NCBI RefSeq assembly: GCF_036321535.1
Contig: NC_087436.1
Location: 90,026,001-90,090,000 of the forward strand
DNA from: Camelus dromedarius
Lineage: Eukaryota
Direction of reading: 5' to 3'
DNA length: 64,000 nucleotides
The notes under the pieces are model-generated. The model did not search any database. It was not told the DNA's origin and worked only from the letters and a program-made list of their open reading frames with translations. Numbering within the stretch: position 1 is the stretch's first letter; every line of letters begins with the position of its first letter. Positions 1-63,300 of the stretch are shown piece by piece. The position numbers and the translations under genes were made by a program.

Positions 1-180
1 GTCAGCAGGGATAGCAATTGGAGAAGAAAGCTGGCAGTGAAGGAATAGGGAAAAAGGGAAAACTGGAAACTGTGGTATTTCTTACAACCTCCAATCTTAA
101 CAACTCAAGTAATTTGCAGAAGAAAATGGCATCCTATTTAATCTGCCTGCTACCAGGTGGCTAGTTGATGACCTTGGGGA

Positions 181-782
181 ATGGTACCATACTGGGAACT
201 AAGTATTAGTATCTGCTATTCCCTGGTTGGAAATTTGCCAAGTCACATCATACTTGGTGAATGTATGTTGTTAAGTCTGCACATAACATTCATCACTTTG
301 TGTAAGAGTGCAGTGTGTAAGGGCATGGGTGACTGGGGAAAGAGGCTAACTGACAGTCATACAACATATCATCTTGTTCACATGAATGTAAGGTCTTATT
401 TTGCTGAGACTATCTTTAGTCAGAATTCACAGAAGGAACGGAAAATATCTAGATATCCTGTGTTCCCTGTCTATCCAAGTATCTCTTCCTCATTCTTTCT
501 TGTCACCAATTTTCCAAATGTGTCCCTTCCAGTCTCTGAGTTTTAGCCACAACCTACGAATTAATGTGGATACTGTCTCTGATAATCTCTAATTTCAAAA
601 AAAACCAAAACCAAAAAAAAAAAACCCCAAAAAACTATATACTACTCGAAGTTCTGCCTATTGGAAGTTTTTTTCACTTTATTCAGGGATGTCCTGGAAT
701 AAAACTGTTAAACTGAAGTTGTCTCCTTTTGGGTGGTTCTACCTAATCCTACAGAACCATTTGTAAATAAGGCCTGAGTGTT

Positions 783-839
<57 letters not shown>

Positions 840-2520
840 TCATCCTCAGTTAACTAGTCACAGAAAACTCCTAAAGAGACTCTAGGTGAAGTTTGAGAGA
901 TGGGGCAAAGGAGCTAGAGTAAGGGCCATAGTCATCTGAGTCACTTGCTTTTGTACCTTAATCTGTGCCTTCAAGCCTGATTTTTCCTGTGCTGCTTTCA
1001 TCTGATAATGGACTTCTGTCCATGATGATGATGCCAGTTCAGGATGGGAAACTCAGACTGCATGGTAACTTGGTGGCTCATGGAAAGTGTTTGGTCTCTA
1101 CTAGAGATCTGTAGCAAGCCGCAATCTATTTCTTACAAGGAGAATAATAATCTGAAGAGAATGGAATAGTTTTGCTCCAAAATCTTACAAGTCTACTTTG
1201 TGATTTACCAACAGAAGTTTATTCCTAAGGGCCATACAGTATCCCTGTCTGCTACAGTCATTTCAGACCTAATTGGATTAGCAGTATCTTTGGGCCCAGA
1301 TGGTAGAGCAGCTTGTGCTATAATCTAAACGTATTGCAGAGTGTTCTCTTTTTCTGAATCTGAATAAAAGCAAAAACCCTAATAAAAAACAGAATTTAAG
1401 GTTACTCAGTAAATGGGTTTGAGTAATAAACCTGAATAAGGGATATATTGCTTCCAAAATCCAAAGAGACATTATGCTCCTTCCTTGATGATCGGAGGAC
1501 CTGATGCAGCAAATTTCTCTTCACCTTCACAGGTATATCTCCATGCCCAAGCCATTGACCCTCTAGTAATTGCATCAAGGTGTAAGGCCTTGAATTTCAG
1601 TGGAATTCTTTTTCCACCTTTTGGTACGCATGTGTCTTACCAAGGTGTCCACAAGGTGTTCTTTCTTCCTGTTCAATAGTTCCAATCAGAATGGTGTCAT
1701 CAACTTAATGGAAAAGCATGATATCTTATAAAATAAAAAGTCAATCAAGGCCCTTTAGACTAGATTATATCACTGGGCTGGCTGTTTGATTTAACTAGGA
1801 GGTAAGTCAGCAACAGTGTATTGCTAACCCTCTCCTCTGAAAGTAAACATCTAATGAATTTCATCATTGAAATATTTGTTACATATCAGGTATCAGGGGA
1901 CTGTGAGACTCCAGCAATAAGATCACATCTGGGATAATAGCTGCAACTGGAATCATTACTAGTAAAATTTTTGATAATCCACTCTTATTCTTTTGTATCC
2001 ATCTGCCTTCTGTATAAGCCAAATAGGCAATCTAAATGGGTACTTAGCAAGAAGCACCACTCCTTCATCTTTTAATTCTTTTATGTGGCAGAAATGTAGT
2101 ATTGCATTTTGTTAATACTATGAGTAGGTAAAGATAGATCTGTGGCTTTTACTTGAGTTTTTCTCCACAGGTCAAAGAATTAATCTGGTACTCTGCTAGT
2201 TGCTGAGTATGTCCCTTACAAAGATGCAATGTATAACTGGAATAAAACCACATGATGGGATCAGGTGCATATAGACTTATGTTGGGATTATCCCAAACCA
2301 TAAATGCATTGATCATCTCATCTCTGTAGACATCTACTGCATCTACACTGGACCACAGTTGTATTTTGGGTCTCCAGGAATTGCTATCAATTATAACTAT
2401 GGCTTCGTAGTCTCAAAGAATCTGGTTACTGAACATTACAGTCATTGTGATAAATGGTGGCAGGATTTCTTGAAAGAAGGCTAGAACACAAATTTACAGA
2501 ATAAATTTTGTATGTGCAAA
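181..2520 (+). mobile_element. Highly decayed LTR-retroelement pol remnant (class III ERV/ERVL-like or Gypsy-like); PR-RT-RNaseH-IN order
   Basis: Motif-like fragments appear in retroviral order across frameshifts and stops: LVGNLPSHIILG (223-258, protease C-term-like), KGMGDWGKRLTD (319-354), ISSSFF (481-498), EVLPIG (648-665; RT LPQG-like), WAQMVEQL (1291-1314; RNase H AQxAEL-like), WDQVHID (2256-2276), FGSP (2365-2376) and AGFLERR (2460-2480; integrase core-like). Ends are uncertain and the element may extend both ways. Confidence 0.5.
783..838. repeat. (TTG)n trinucleotide microsatellite, ~18 units
   Basis: Pure ttg/gtt run read directly. Confidence 0.97.
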
Positions 2521-4139
2521 CACAACCTTCCTTAAGCAAACTCCACCTCCCTTTCATTAAGGGACTGTAGTCGCAAGACTAGAAATTGGTTGAGGGGCTT
2601 GGACTCGCTTGTGATAATTCAAATCACAACTTTCTTCACTAGACTTAGTGTTTTTCTGGCTATAAAAATCAATAAAATTATATAGGCTGATCATCTCATT
2701 TACTTCAGTTTTGAGAATACCATTACCATTTAGCTAACACCAAAGATCTCTGCAGATCAAACCATGCTGAGTACTGGGTTGCCTGTGGTATCCATTTCTG
2801 TATTTATGCCCACCTTACCTCTGGTGATTAAGTGCTGCCACGGGGCCCCTTACATTTTGAGATTTTATTATGCCCATTGGATATAGAGAATTCTTGGGAT
2901 CCCACTATCCCCACTGAAACTGGGAATCCCGTTTTATGGCAGCATGTCCCACTATCATCTCTGGCCTACAAGTAATGTCCACCCAGGAGCTCTTCAAGGG
3001 AACTGGAGATTCCCTGATGAATACATTAAAGCTAAGGAAGTATGCTTGGACAAGTTCAGGGGCATGGATTAGAGCTGGTGAGGAGCAGCAATTCATGATA
3101 ATACCCATTTCTTCTTAAAACTTCAGACACCTACTTTTCAGGATCATGGATGTTTTACCTTCAGAACTTGTTACCTCTGGGTATGTGATTAGTCAACCAT
3201 TAAAGCAAACTACTGGAAATACTCTTGATTAAACATAATGAATCCAGAATCTTTGCTTAGTGAATGTATCCATTTCAACACATTTTGACAATCTAGCATT
3301 ATAATCCTTCTATCCTATTCCAACATACTTAGAACTCATTCCCATAAAGGCTCCCCAGGTTTCTGTCAATAAGTACAGTTCTTTTGGTGTGGACGGCACC
3401 TCCCCTTAGGATTAAAAGGAGAATTGGAGACTCTAAATGGTTTTCCAGTATTTAACGTGTAGTTGCTGCATACTTCGTTGGACCAAGAGCTGCCACACGA
3501 CAAATGAAGGAGGAAATATGGAAGTAGAAGGAGGCTCTCTCCCTCTGGACCTTAATGGCCATAGGAAACTAAATTATTCTTTAGCTGCCAGTCAAAACCA
3601 CATAAATAGACATATTGTGGGCTATAAACTGGATGAGTAGGGAGTTAGGCACTGGATAGGACCCATTCAAAGATGCCCTGGGGGCTACTATTTCAATGCC
3701 GGTCGTGCCAGGAAGACATTTTTAAAATAAAATATATTAGGCTATATATGAGGGGAATGAGTAATTGATATAATAAAGCTCCATCAAGACCTTTAAGGTT
3801 TTCATTAAATGTCAGGCTTTGATATATCTCCAAGTGCTGGACCTCTTCCTGTAAGTGTCTCATATCCTAAACAGGACTGTATTCCTTTGAATCATGGCTG
3901 CTTAAGGGTCATTTTTCAAAAACTCTTTCCCACCTTTGACATTTTTATGGGATGGCCCTTTAAAGTAAAATATGAAAGGTTTTCATGACAATGATGCCCT
4001 GGTATGTAGTCATTAAAATAACAGTGTTGGTTAACCTGAGGCGAGTAAAAGTGTCCTGGACAGAAATATAAGTTATTTTCTCTAAAGCAGAGATCATGAC
4101 TCATCTGTCATCCAAAAGACACTATCACCTAACAGTTCA

Positions 4140-4370
4140 AACATGGCCTCTGAAACTTGCCTCCCTAGATTCAAATCCCAGCTTTGCTGATTGCTTGCTA
4201 TGTGGACTGGGAAAGTTACTAAATCTACTAGATCAATTTCCTCATCTGTAAAATAAAGGAATATAATGGTAACTGCCTCACAGAATTGTTTCAGGATGTT
4301 AATAAGATAATCAAATCTATTAAGATACACAATGTTTAAAAAACTGTGAGGACTATAAAATTGTTAGCTC
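4140..4370 (+). mobile_element. MIR SINE
   Basis: MIR core: ttcaaatcccagctttgc...ctgggaaagttactaaatc...tttcctcatctgtaaaat...aatggtaactgcctcacagaattgtt. Confidence 0.8.
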
Positions 4371-4459
4371 TTGATATTTTGTATTTCTTTGCCATACCTT
4401 CTTTAATTACTATCATTTTGTACTGGTCAGCCAAGAGTAATAATGATAACAACAACAAC

Positions 4460-4660
4460 TAATATTTCTACATCATGTAATAGTTTACAAAGAGTTATAC
4501 TACGGTTATTGAATTTGATCTTTGTGCCCATTTTGGTAAGAGGGGTCATTTCCATTTTGTAATTGAGAAATCTGAGGTTCAGAGAGATGTTGTGGTTTTC
4601 CAAAGCTCACAAAAGTAATTAGTATAGACAGGATTTAAATTTATGTTAGCTGACTCCAAA
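4460..4660 (-). mobile_element. MIR SINE
   Basis: Reverse MIR core: ccattttgtaattgagaaatctgaggttcagagag...ccaaagctcacaaaagtaattagt...ctgactccaaa. Confidence 0.65.
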
Positions 4661-4909
4661 TTCCTTCCTTTTCAAAGTATAACTTAATTATAGTATTCAC
4701 GACATTTAGAAGAGTTTACCCACCTGATTCCAAGTCTTTGCCATATATTGAGGGTTATTATGTGTGGCATTTTTGTGTTATCTAATAATATTATGTCAAC
4801 TCTGCAAACTTCATATTGATATCTTACACTTCTCAGCAGAGAATAAATGCAAGTTTACAGAAATGAAGTATGATGCTAAAAGTTATAGAGATGGTAAATG
4901 TAGAAATGT

Positions 4910-6660
4910 TGTAGTTCATTCCTTCATTTTTTTTTATTCATTCAGCAAATGGCTATGATGGGGCAGTCTCCCAGACACTGGGGACAATGTAGAAAAGGAA
5001 AAAAGAAAATCTCTTGTCATCAAGGAGTGACAGTCTGGATAAGAGACAAAAATAAGCAAATATTTGTAAAACATATTTTTAAATTATATTATATATATAT
5101 TCATACTATAAAGAGCTCAATAGAATGCAAGCTCCATGAGAGCATGAAACTCTGTTTTGTTTATTCTAACATGTTTAGTACATTGACGAGTGCTTGAAAC
5201 CCTGGTGCTCAGTGACTATTTCTTGAATTTAAAAAATCAGTGAATTATAAAATACTGCAACTGTCAGGAAGGAACAGCGCTGAATACTATTAGATGGCAT
5301 ACTAGAGGATTTAATTTAAGTTTGAGAACTGGGGCTCCCTTGAGAACGTGCCAGTGAGTTTGAGACTGAAAAGAGACAAAGAAATAGCCAGATGAAGGGT
5401 GAAGGGTAAGGTGGTCTGATACAGATATAGGGAAATCATCTGTAAATCCCTAAAGTAACAATGAGTCATAGCAATTAACAAACAAACAAACAAAACAACC
5501 AAGTAAGACCATTCTGGCTGGAACACACTGAGGGAAGGAAAGAGCTGCAAAGATGGAGCAGGGGAGAGAGGCAGAGGCCAGAAGCTGGAGCTTGGCCCTG
5601 AGTACAACAGGCAATCACTGAATGGTGCAAGCACAGCATTGCCAGATTTCCACTTTTAAAAAGATCATGCTGGTAGTTATATAAAGAATAAATTAGAGGT
5701 AGGCAAGACTGAAAATGGAAGGTGCTGTAGTCCAGGTATGAGAGGATGCCTGCTTGGATTAGTTGGCAGAAGAGCTAGAAAGTAGTTGAATAATGATTTA
5801 AAAACAATAATAATAATTGTTAAGATTGAGCATTTCTTATGGGCCAGGCTCTATTCTAAGAGCCTTACATAAATTGATTAATTTAATTTTCACATCGATA
5901 ATATGGGAATCAAGGCATTGAAAAATAAATAAGCTTCTTATTCTTACACAGTTAGTAGTAGATCTTGAGTTCAAACCCAGGCTACCTTATTTATGAGCCC
6001 ATGACCACTGCAATCTATTTACGTTGGATAGATTGGGGATAAGATTCGCAAATATTGAAGAGTTCATGATACGTTAGATGATACATGTATCTAGAAAAAA
6101 ATATGAAGTTTCTGGTTTGATTCGCTGGCTAATACTTGTTTGATACATGTATCTAAAGCCCAATAGAAATTCCTGGACTTGCAATTTGAAGGGATAGATT
6201 TCAGTTTTAAAAATTGTATGTACAGTTTGGGAAATAGATGAGTCTACCCCATATGAAAGTGTGGTGCAAAAATAAAAGTGTTGAACTCATATCTGAGAAA
6301 CTCCAAAATGTTGAGTTCAGATAGAACAAACATGTACAGAAGCCCAAACAGAGTTAGCTAAAGGTTCCTGAGAAAAACCAGGAAAGTACGGTATCCTGAC
6401 ATGAAGGAGTGTGTTGAGGGAGAGGGAATGGTCACCTGGGTCCAATGCAGATGAAAGATCATACAAGGTGATTGTGGGAAATCTCTACTGGATTTAGCAA
6501 CGTGGGGCCATCAGTGCCATGGCACAGAAACAGGACCACAAAGTTTGGTGAGTGAACGGGTGGTGATGAAATAGAGAGGAATGGCTATTAGTGGGACTAA
6601 GGAGTAGGCATAAAAGACAGAAGGGGTGATGAGGTTAATATAGTATATGTGTACATTTTA
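4910..6660. mobile_element. Cluster of decayed L2 LINE fragments (both orientations) with an inserted MIR (~5810-6010)
   Basis: L2 3'-end (ttca)n signature at ~4915; tagaatgcaagctccatgagagc at ~5120; ttttaaaaagatcatgctgg; ctactggatttagcaacgtgggg. Confidence 0.55.
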
Positions 6661-8482
6661 ATGTTATGCATGAGAATATCTGCATGTTGGAGAGGAAATC
6701 AACTAGGAAAGAAAACACTGAAGATACAAGAAAGAATGGAGGAAACCAGTGGCAAAAGGTCAGATTCAAAAATTACAATACAGATACCAAAAGTAGGATG
6801 GACTTAGAGTTAGAAGTTACAGAGCCATGGCTGCCTGTCACCAGTGATCAGTTTCTGCCAGGTACAGGATTAAGGATTGACAAAGATTGACAAAGAAAGA
6901 GTGTGTCCCTTCAGTTTTATGACATCTCTTCATGCTGGCCCTCTCTTCTGTTTGATTTAAATAATAATCTTATTGCATAAACTAAAGCACCTGAGTTTGT
7001 TAATGTTTTTTTTTTATCATGGCAACCTGTAAATAAGAAAAATAATTAATTCCCATGGTCTGATGGGAAGGAATAAATCAAGCAACAACATTTGGATTTT
7101 GTCTATTTTGCGATGAGCACTTGAAACCTACGCTGTTGAAAGCCTTGAATGGCTCCAGAAATATATAAAAGGATTAAAGCAATCCATGTGTTTATTCATT
7201 CAATTATACATGGAATACTTATTCTACAGATATTTATCAAGTAGCTATTACTTGCTAGCCATTGCTTGGGACAAAAGGGGTGATGAAAACAAAATCCTTG
7301 CCTCCATGGAGATTGTCAGATTTCCACTTTTCTAGGGAGAGGAAAGTACTAGACAAATGTACACATAATATTAAATATAGATTTACTATAATAACATTAA
7401 ATATATACATAATATAGTGCCAGATCTGATAAGCACTATGAATCTTTAACATAAAATTTAAAAACACAGAACTGATTATTTAGGTAGAAATAGATAGTTT
7501 TCAAAAATGTGTATTCCTATGATACAAATATGAAATGGCTGCTTTTAGTGGAGAGAATATTAGATGCACCTATAATGTAGAACCATTAAGAATAATGCCT
7601 AGTGACACACAGTGAGCACTCAATAAACAAGTATTAAGTGTTATTATAGGACAGAACTGTACTACAGGCTAGCATGCAGTGAAAAATCAGAGAAGGCTCC
7701 TTGTGGAGGTGGCTAGGTGATGACACCTAAACTTAGTCAGGAAGATTGAAGAGAGACCAGGCAGATGAAGAAGAGGGAAGGCCTTCCTAAGTGGAAGGAA
7801 TAGCAGATGACAAGACAAGACCAACACACAAACAAAAGTATGATACTGAGTGGTAAGTTTAGGAACCTACAATTGTGGTTTTGACTGAAGTATAGAATTT
7901 GTGGCCATTGGAGGAAAGGGTATCAGGAGAACTAGAACGTGATTCAAAACGGCTTCTTGCTCTGGAAAAGCCAGATTTCAGGACAATGTTGAGAGTGGGG
8001 TGAGAACACATGTCTCCTAATCATCTCCATCTTCCCTATTAGACTGTACATTCTAGAAATTACTCCTCTGTGCCAGGTTCTGTCACTGCGGGCTGGAGTT
8101 AATCAATTAGCTTTGAAACCTACTCTTAACAAGTAAACAATGATGAACAACATTTTTTGAGTAATCTCTATTATCCATGTACTGTTTAAAGCAATCCCCA
8201 TGTATTAATCCATTTGATTCTTAAAACAACTCAATAAACTGAAAAGTCTGATCACCTTTCTATAGATGAAGAAACCAAGGCAAACAGCAGTAGTTCTTGG
8301 TTACTAATGTATTCTTAATTGCTAGGTACAGTGTCTGACATCACAATATCTTAATAAATATTTTGAATGACAAATTAATGGACAAGAGAATCAAGTGGAA
8401 AGCTGGCTTTTCTAGGGCCAGGACTGCTCATTCTTAATTAGGTTGCTGTCTCACTGGTCATTTTGTGTGACGATTTATAGGA

Positions 8483-8639
8483 CAATGGTTTTCAAATGTT
8501 TTGATGCATCAGAACCTCTAGAGGTTCTCACTAAAAATTATAATTCTTTTGGTCTGGAAAAAAGCCAATTGCATTTTTAATAGGTCGGCAAGCATTTTAT
8601 TCTAGGGTGATACCTGGATACATTTTGAAAAAAACACTG
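8483..8639. mobile_element. MER5-like hAT-Charlie DNA transposon remnant
   Basis: TIR-like ends caatggttttcaaatg ... cattttgaaaaaaacactg; internal tgcatcagaacc and tgcatttttaa. Confidence 0.6.
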
Positions 8640-8808
8640 CTGTGAAATATGAGTTGATAGTCATTACAACGAGATGTAAAATTCTTGGATAATGGTTGTG
8701 GCTTAGGCTGTCAAAGGAAGGAGAAGGGGTATGAGGACTTCAATGACAATATAATGAAATCATCAGGTGCCGTGCAATCAGGCTACCGGCCCACTTCATC
8801 TGTAACTG

Positions 8809-9031
8809 CAGGGATTCTCATCTTTGGCACTCTTAGCAGTTTGAACTCGATAGATCTTTGGTTTTTTTTTTTTTTTTTTTTTTTAATTTTAGAATGTATA
8901 GCAGCAACTCCAGACTCTACTCACTGGGTGCCAGTAGCTCACCCAACCCCTCAAGTTGCGACAACTAAAAATATCTCCACACATTTTAAGTGTCTCACGT
9001 GGTCAAATTGCCTGGAATTGGAAAACCGCTG
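8809..9031. mobile_element. MER20 hAT-Charlie DNA transposon (with poly-T expansion)
   Basis: cagggattctca...ggcact...agaatgtatagcagcaactccagactctactcactgggtgccagtagc...gttgcgacaactaaaaatatctccacacatt...gaaaaccgctg resembles MER20. Confidence 0.8.
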
Positions 9032-9242
9032 CCATAGTGGAAGTCAGAAAGCTTTCTCCAGACTTCCTGATAGTAACTTCTGGCCTTCTAATCTAGAGTT
9101 GTATAAGACACTTCTGTTCTCTAAGATCTATAAAATCTATTTCTCCATAAGTGTTCCTCCAAGAGACAGTATGGTTTGTTTGATGAGCACAGTGTACACT
9201 CTTGGCTTTGTTTGGAACTCACAGTGTCATCCTCCACTCCCA

Positions 9243-9243
<1 letters not shown>

Positions 9244-9273
<30 letters not shown>
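9244..9273. repeat. (CA)n microsatellite, ~15 units
   Basis: Read directly. Confidence 0.97.
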
Positions 9274-9276
<3 letters not shown>

Positions 9277-10634
9277 CTGGTTTAATAAATCAAATGAGAC
9301 AGACTGTCAGGGTCAAGACATGGCTGATATACAAAATCATCATTCCTTCTTCAGGTTCCGGAGGGCACAGATCTCTTTAACAGAGTTTACAGGGAATTAT
9401 AATTAACTATGACAGCAAAATAAGATCAGTTTCCCAGAAGATATATATTAAAAAAAAGGGCAAAAAAAAAAAAAAAATCAAAGGAAGAGACACAGAAATA
9501 AAAAAAAAAATAGATAAAATTGCTTGAAAAAAGGGACTGCAGTAAGTTTGAAATGTTTCAGCCCTAAATTGGCAAAAACCTAGATTTCAGAAAATACAGA
9601 AAATTTCCAAGTCTGGAAATTACCCAAGTCCTTTATCTTTTACAAGAATAAGCAGGCAATGTGTAATTACTTAAGGATATATCCTTCACCTTTCCTCTCC
9701 ATTAATTTCTCTTCACAGTTTTCAGCATCTTTCAGTTATGTATGAGAACAATAAGAGTAAAATTTTGTTAAGAATTTTTGATGGGAAACTGTCAACCATT
9801 GTTGTATAACAACATGCAACATCATATTACCATTGATACAGGCAGAAATCTCACCTAATCTTAGCGAAATGCAGAGTACCTAGCCAAGTATTTGTTACTG
9901 CACACTTCTAGTGAAATAATTCCCAGTTCACTGGCTAATCAGGGGCACCCAATGAAACGGACAGCTAACCAAAGCACAAATTTTAATTGACCAGAAACAA
10001 ACAAACAAAACTATCCAGATTTATATTGACATCAACTTAACTAAATGTATTCACCTCAAAATCTATTATAATGAAACTTTACTGTTACACAAATTATTTG
10101 GTATGAGCTACCTTTACTAACACTCTTTGTGGAAGAGAATAATGCTTCCTAATTAATAAGTAGTAGATGATAAACAAGGAAGTCAATACCTATTTTCAGA
10201 GAAGACTAAAGAGATGGAGAACCAAAGAGGGGGAGAAGAGCCCAGCACTGCATCATCTGTTTTTCCGGCAAGAAAATATCTGTAACCTTGTTATCCCCAT
10301 TCAGCTCCTTTAAGTGCTTTCAGAAGGTAGGATAAAAAAGGTTACCTTAAGGTCATGCACAAACATTGTTACTTCTACCTTGAACTATTTTCTGGGGGAC
10401 AAATACTCTAAGGTAACTCATTGGTATATTGTAGTTCACCCATGAATCTGGTCAATTCCAGGTCGTTGTGAGATGATGGATGACACAGCCAAAAGAGCCC
10501 AACCCCAGGGCTTTGGTGAGAAGCAGTGATTTAGGAAGGCATAAAGGCAGAAGATGGCTGGGCAGAGCAAGCCTGCTTCCACCACCACCACTGTCTTCGC
10601 CTGTACAGAGGTTGAAGCTGCCAGAGGCTTTCTG

Positions 10635-10648
10635 GTTGCCACGGCAAC
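10635..10648. promoter_or_regulatory. RFX X-box motif
   Basis: GTTGCCACGGCAAC matches the palindromic RFX site GTTGCCATGGCAAC at 13/14 positions; ~970 bp upstream of the GABRG1 ATG in DNA I could not assign to a repeat. Confidence 0.6.
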
Positions 10649-11339
10649 TGTTGGGCTCTGCTGCAAACTCAAAGCAGAGCCTCTGAAGTTAGGTATCAAA
10701 CACTGGAGCTCAACAAACGCAAAGGGGAGAACAAGGATCACCCGTAATAGATCTACAACTCCTATGGCTAAAATGACCTTTTTAAAATCGGAGTTTTGTT
10801 CACGTTTTTGTAGAATGAGTTAAGTCTTGCCTGGCATTGTTCATTAGTGTCATCTTCTGGTGCAAGGAGAGAGGAGACTCAAATCCTCTCACTTACAACG
10901 GCAGCGGAGGGGGTGTGGGTAGGAAACGTGATTACCAGGAATGCACCGAGCCCGCTCTTTCATTCATTCAGTTCTATATTTCAACATATCCTGAGAGCGT
11001 ATTTGCGTCAGGCATTGTGCCAGGTGCTGGGTCTGCAAAGAGAAGTGAGGCACCGACCCCCACCTCAACACACACAAATTAACAATAATTAACAAAAATT
11101 AGCATAACCTTCGCAAGCCTGGGGAAAACCAGTTAGGCACTGCCAGCTCTCCACGGGTCCCTCTTGGAAGACAGATTCAGAATCCAAACACGCAAAGGGA
11201 AAGGAGACCCCGGAAACAGAGCTGGACAGGAGGGAAGGCTGGGGGAGGGGGGAAGCCAAGTTCCCCTAGGGAGGGAAGTCTGTCAGGGCCACGCAACTGT
11301 TTCTCTGAGGATGCGAGGGAGAAGAGGTTTGTTTTTCTT

Positions 11340-11617
11340 TTAGAAAGACGGAGCCCTTTTCCCTACTGGGCTCGATTTCTCGTAGGGGAAGCCCCGCCTC
11401 TTTGGGCCTTTGATTGGCCCTACTCTTTTTCAGATAATTTATGCCAGCATCCTCTCGGTCTGATTGGCTCCTTCGCTCGATTCCGCTGGGAGTCGCACCC
11501 TACCTGGTTGGGAGGTGTACTGCCTTCTCACACTCCGTCCTCTCGTACTCACCGGGCTGCAGCTGCGGTGGGAGAAAAAGTCCTGGTCTGGAGAATTGAG
11601 CGGAAAAAGCGATCCTG
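11340..11617 (+). promoter_or_regulatory. GABRG1: GABRG1 proximal promoter / 5' UTR (TATA-less; GC box and two inverted CCAAT boxes)
   Basis: Local CpG enrichment; Sp/KLF GC box gccccgcctc 11391-11400; TGATTGGC at 11411-11418 and 11461-11468; no ATG between 11468 and the start codon. The exact TSS cannot be determined from sequence. Confidence 0.75.
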
Positions 11618-62731
<51,114 letters not shown>

Positions 62732-63046
62732 GTATGTTAAAAAAAAAAAAAAATCCTCTCTTTTATTACTGTAAGAGATACTCAATTTTGAGTTCTCTTG
62801 TTATACTTTCTTAGACTGATATGGATGCTTGAGGCACCCTGACAAAACATAAATCATATTAAGATCAAACTGGGGTACTGAACATTGCCCACCTACAAAA
62901 GTATACTTACATTTTTCCCTAGAAAAGACTCTTGGATCACCTTTATGAAGAGTGGTTTCTCACACTATGAAATTTTCCATAAGTGGTAAATTCTTTGTAT
63001 CTTTCAAAGAATAATTTAAAATTATTTTAAATCTCCCCTTGAATCT

Positions 63047-63300
63047 ATTTTTGTGTTAGGATTTGGATTTCTAACATGGGTGCCCCACAAATTTAGCTAA
63101 ATTTTTAGAAATAAAGATCCCTCTTTAGTGTTAGTGTTCAGCTGTGTTTGAGAGACATAGCTTTCTGTGTCATAGAAAAGACACCTTTTTGGCTTTTGTA
63201 TATTTCTATTCTCTTACTCCCCTTTCCCAAGCATATATCTACCTTAACATTTATCACATCAAGCTGATAAATTAGAATTAATTCTACTGGTTCTAAAATA
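63047..63300 (+). repeat. Diverged direct repeat, copy B (partner at 48924-49153)
   Basis: atttttgtgttaggatttgg...ctctttagtgttagtgttcagctgtgtttga...ttttgtatatttctattc...tatatctacctta. Confidence 0.85.

Noticed and set aside
8685..9380. Longest ORF in the track (231 aa)
   Set aside because: It runs through MER20, a poly-T run (FFFFFFF) and a (CA)n repeat (HTHTHT), starts at a non-ATG codon and has no protein-like homology.
10436..10823. Three overlapping ORFs on both strands upstream of the promoter
   Set aside because: No recognisable domain, splice structure or retrocopy hallmarks; locally higher GC explains the scarcity of stops.
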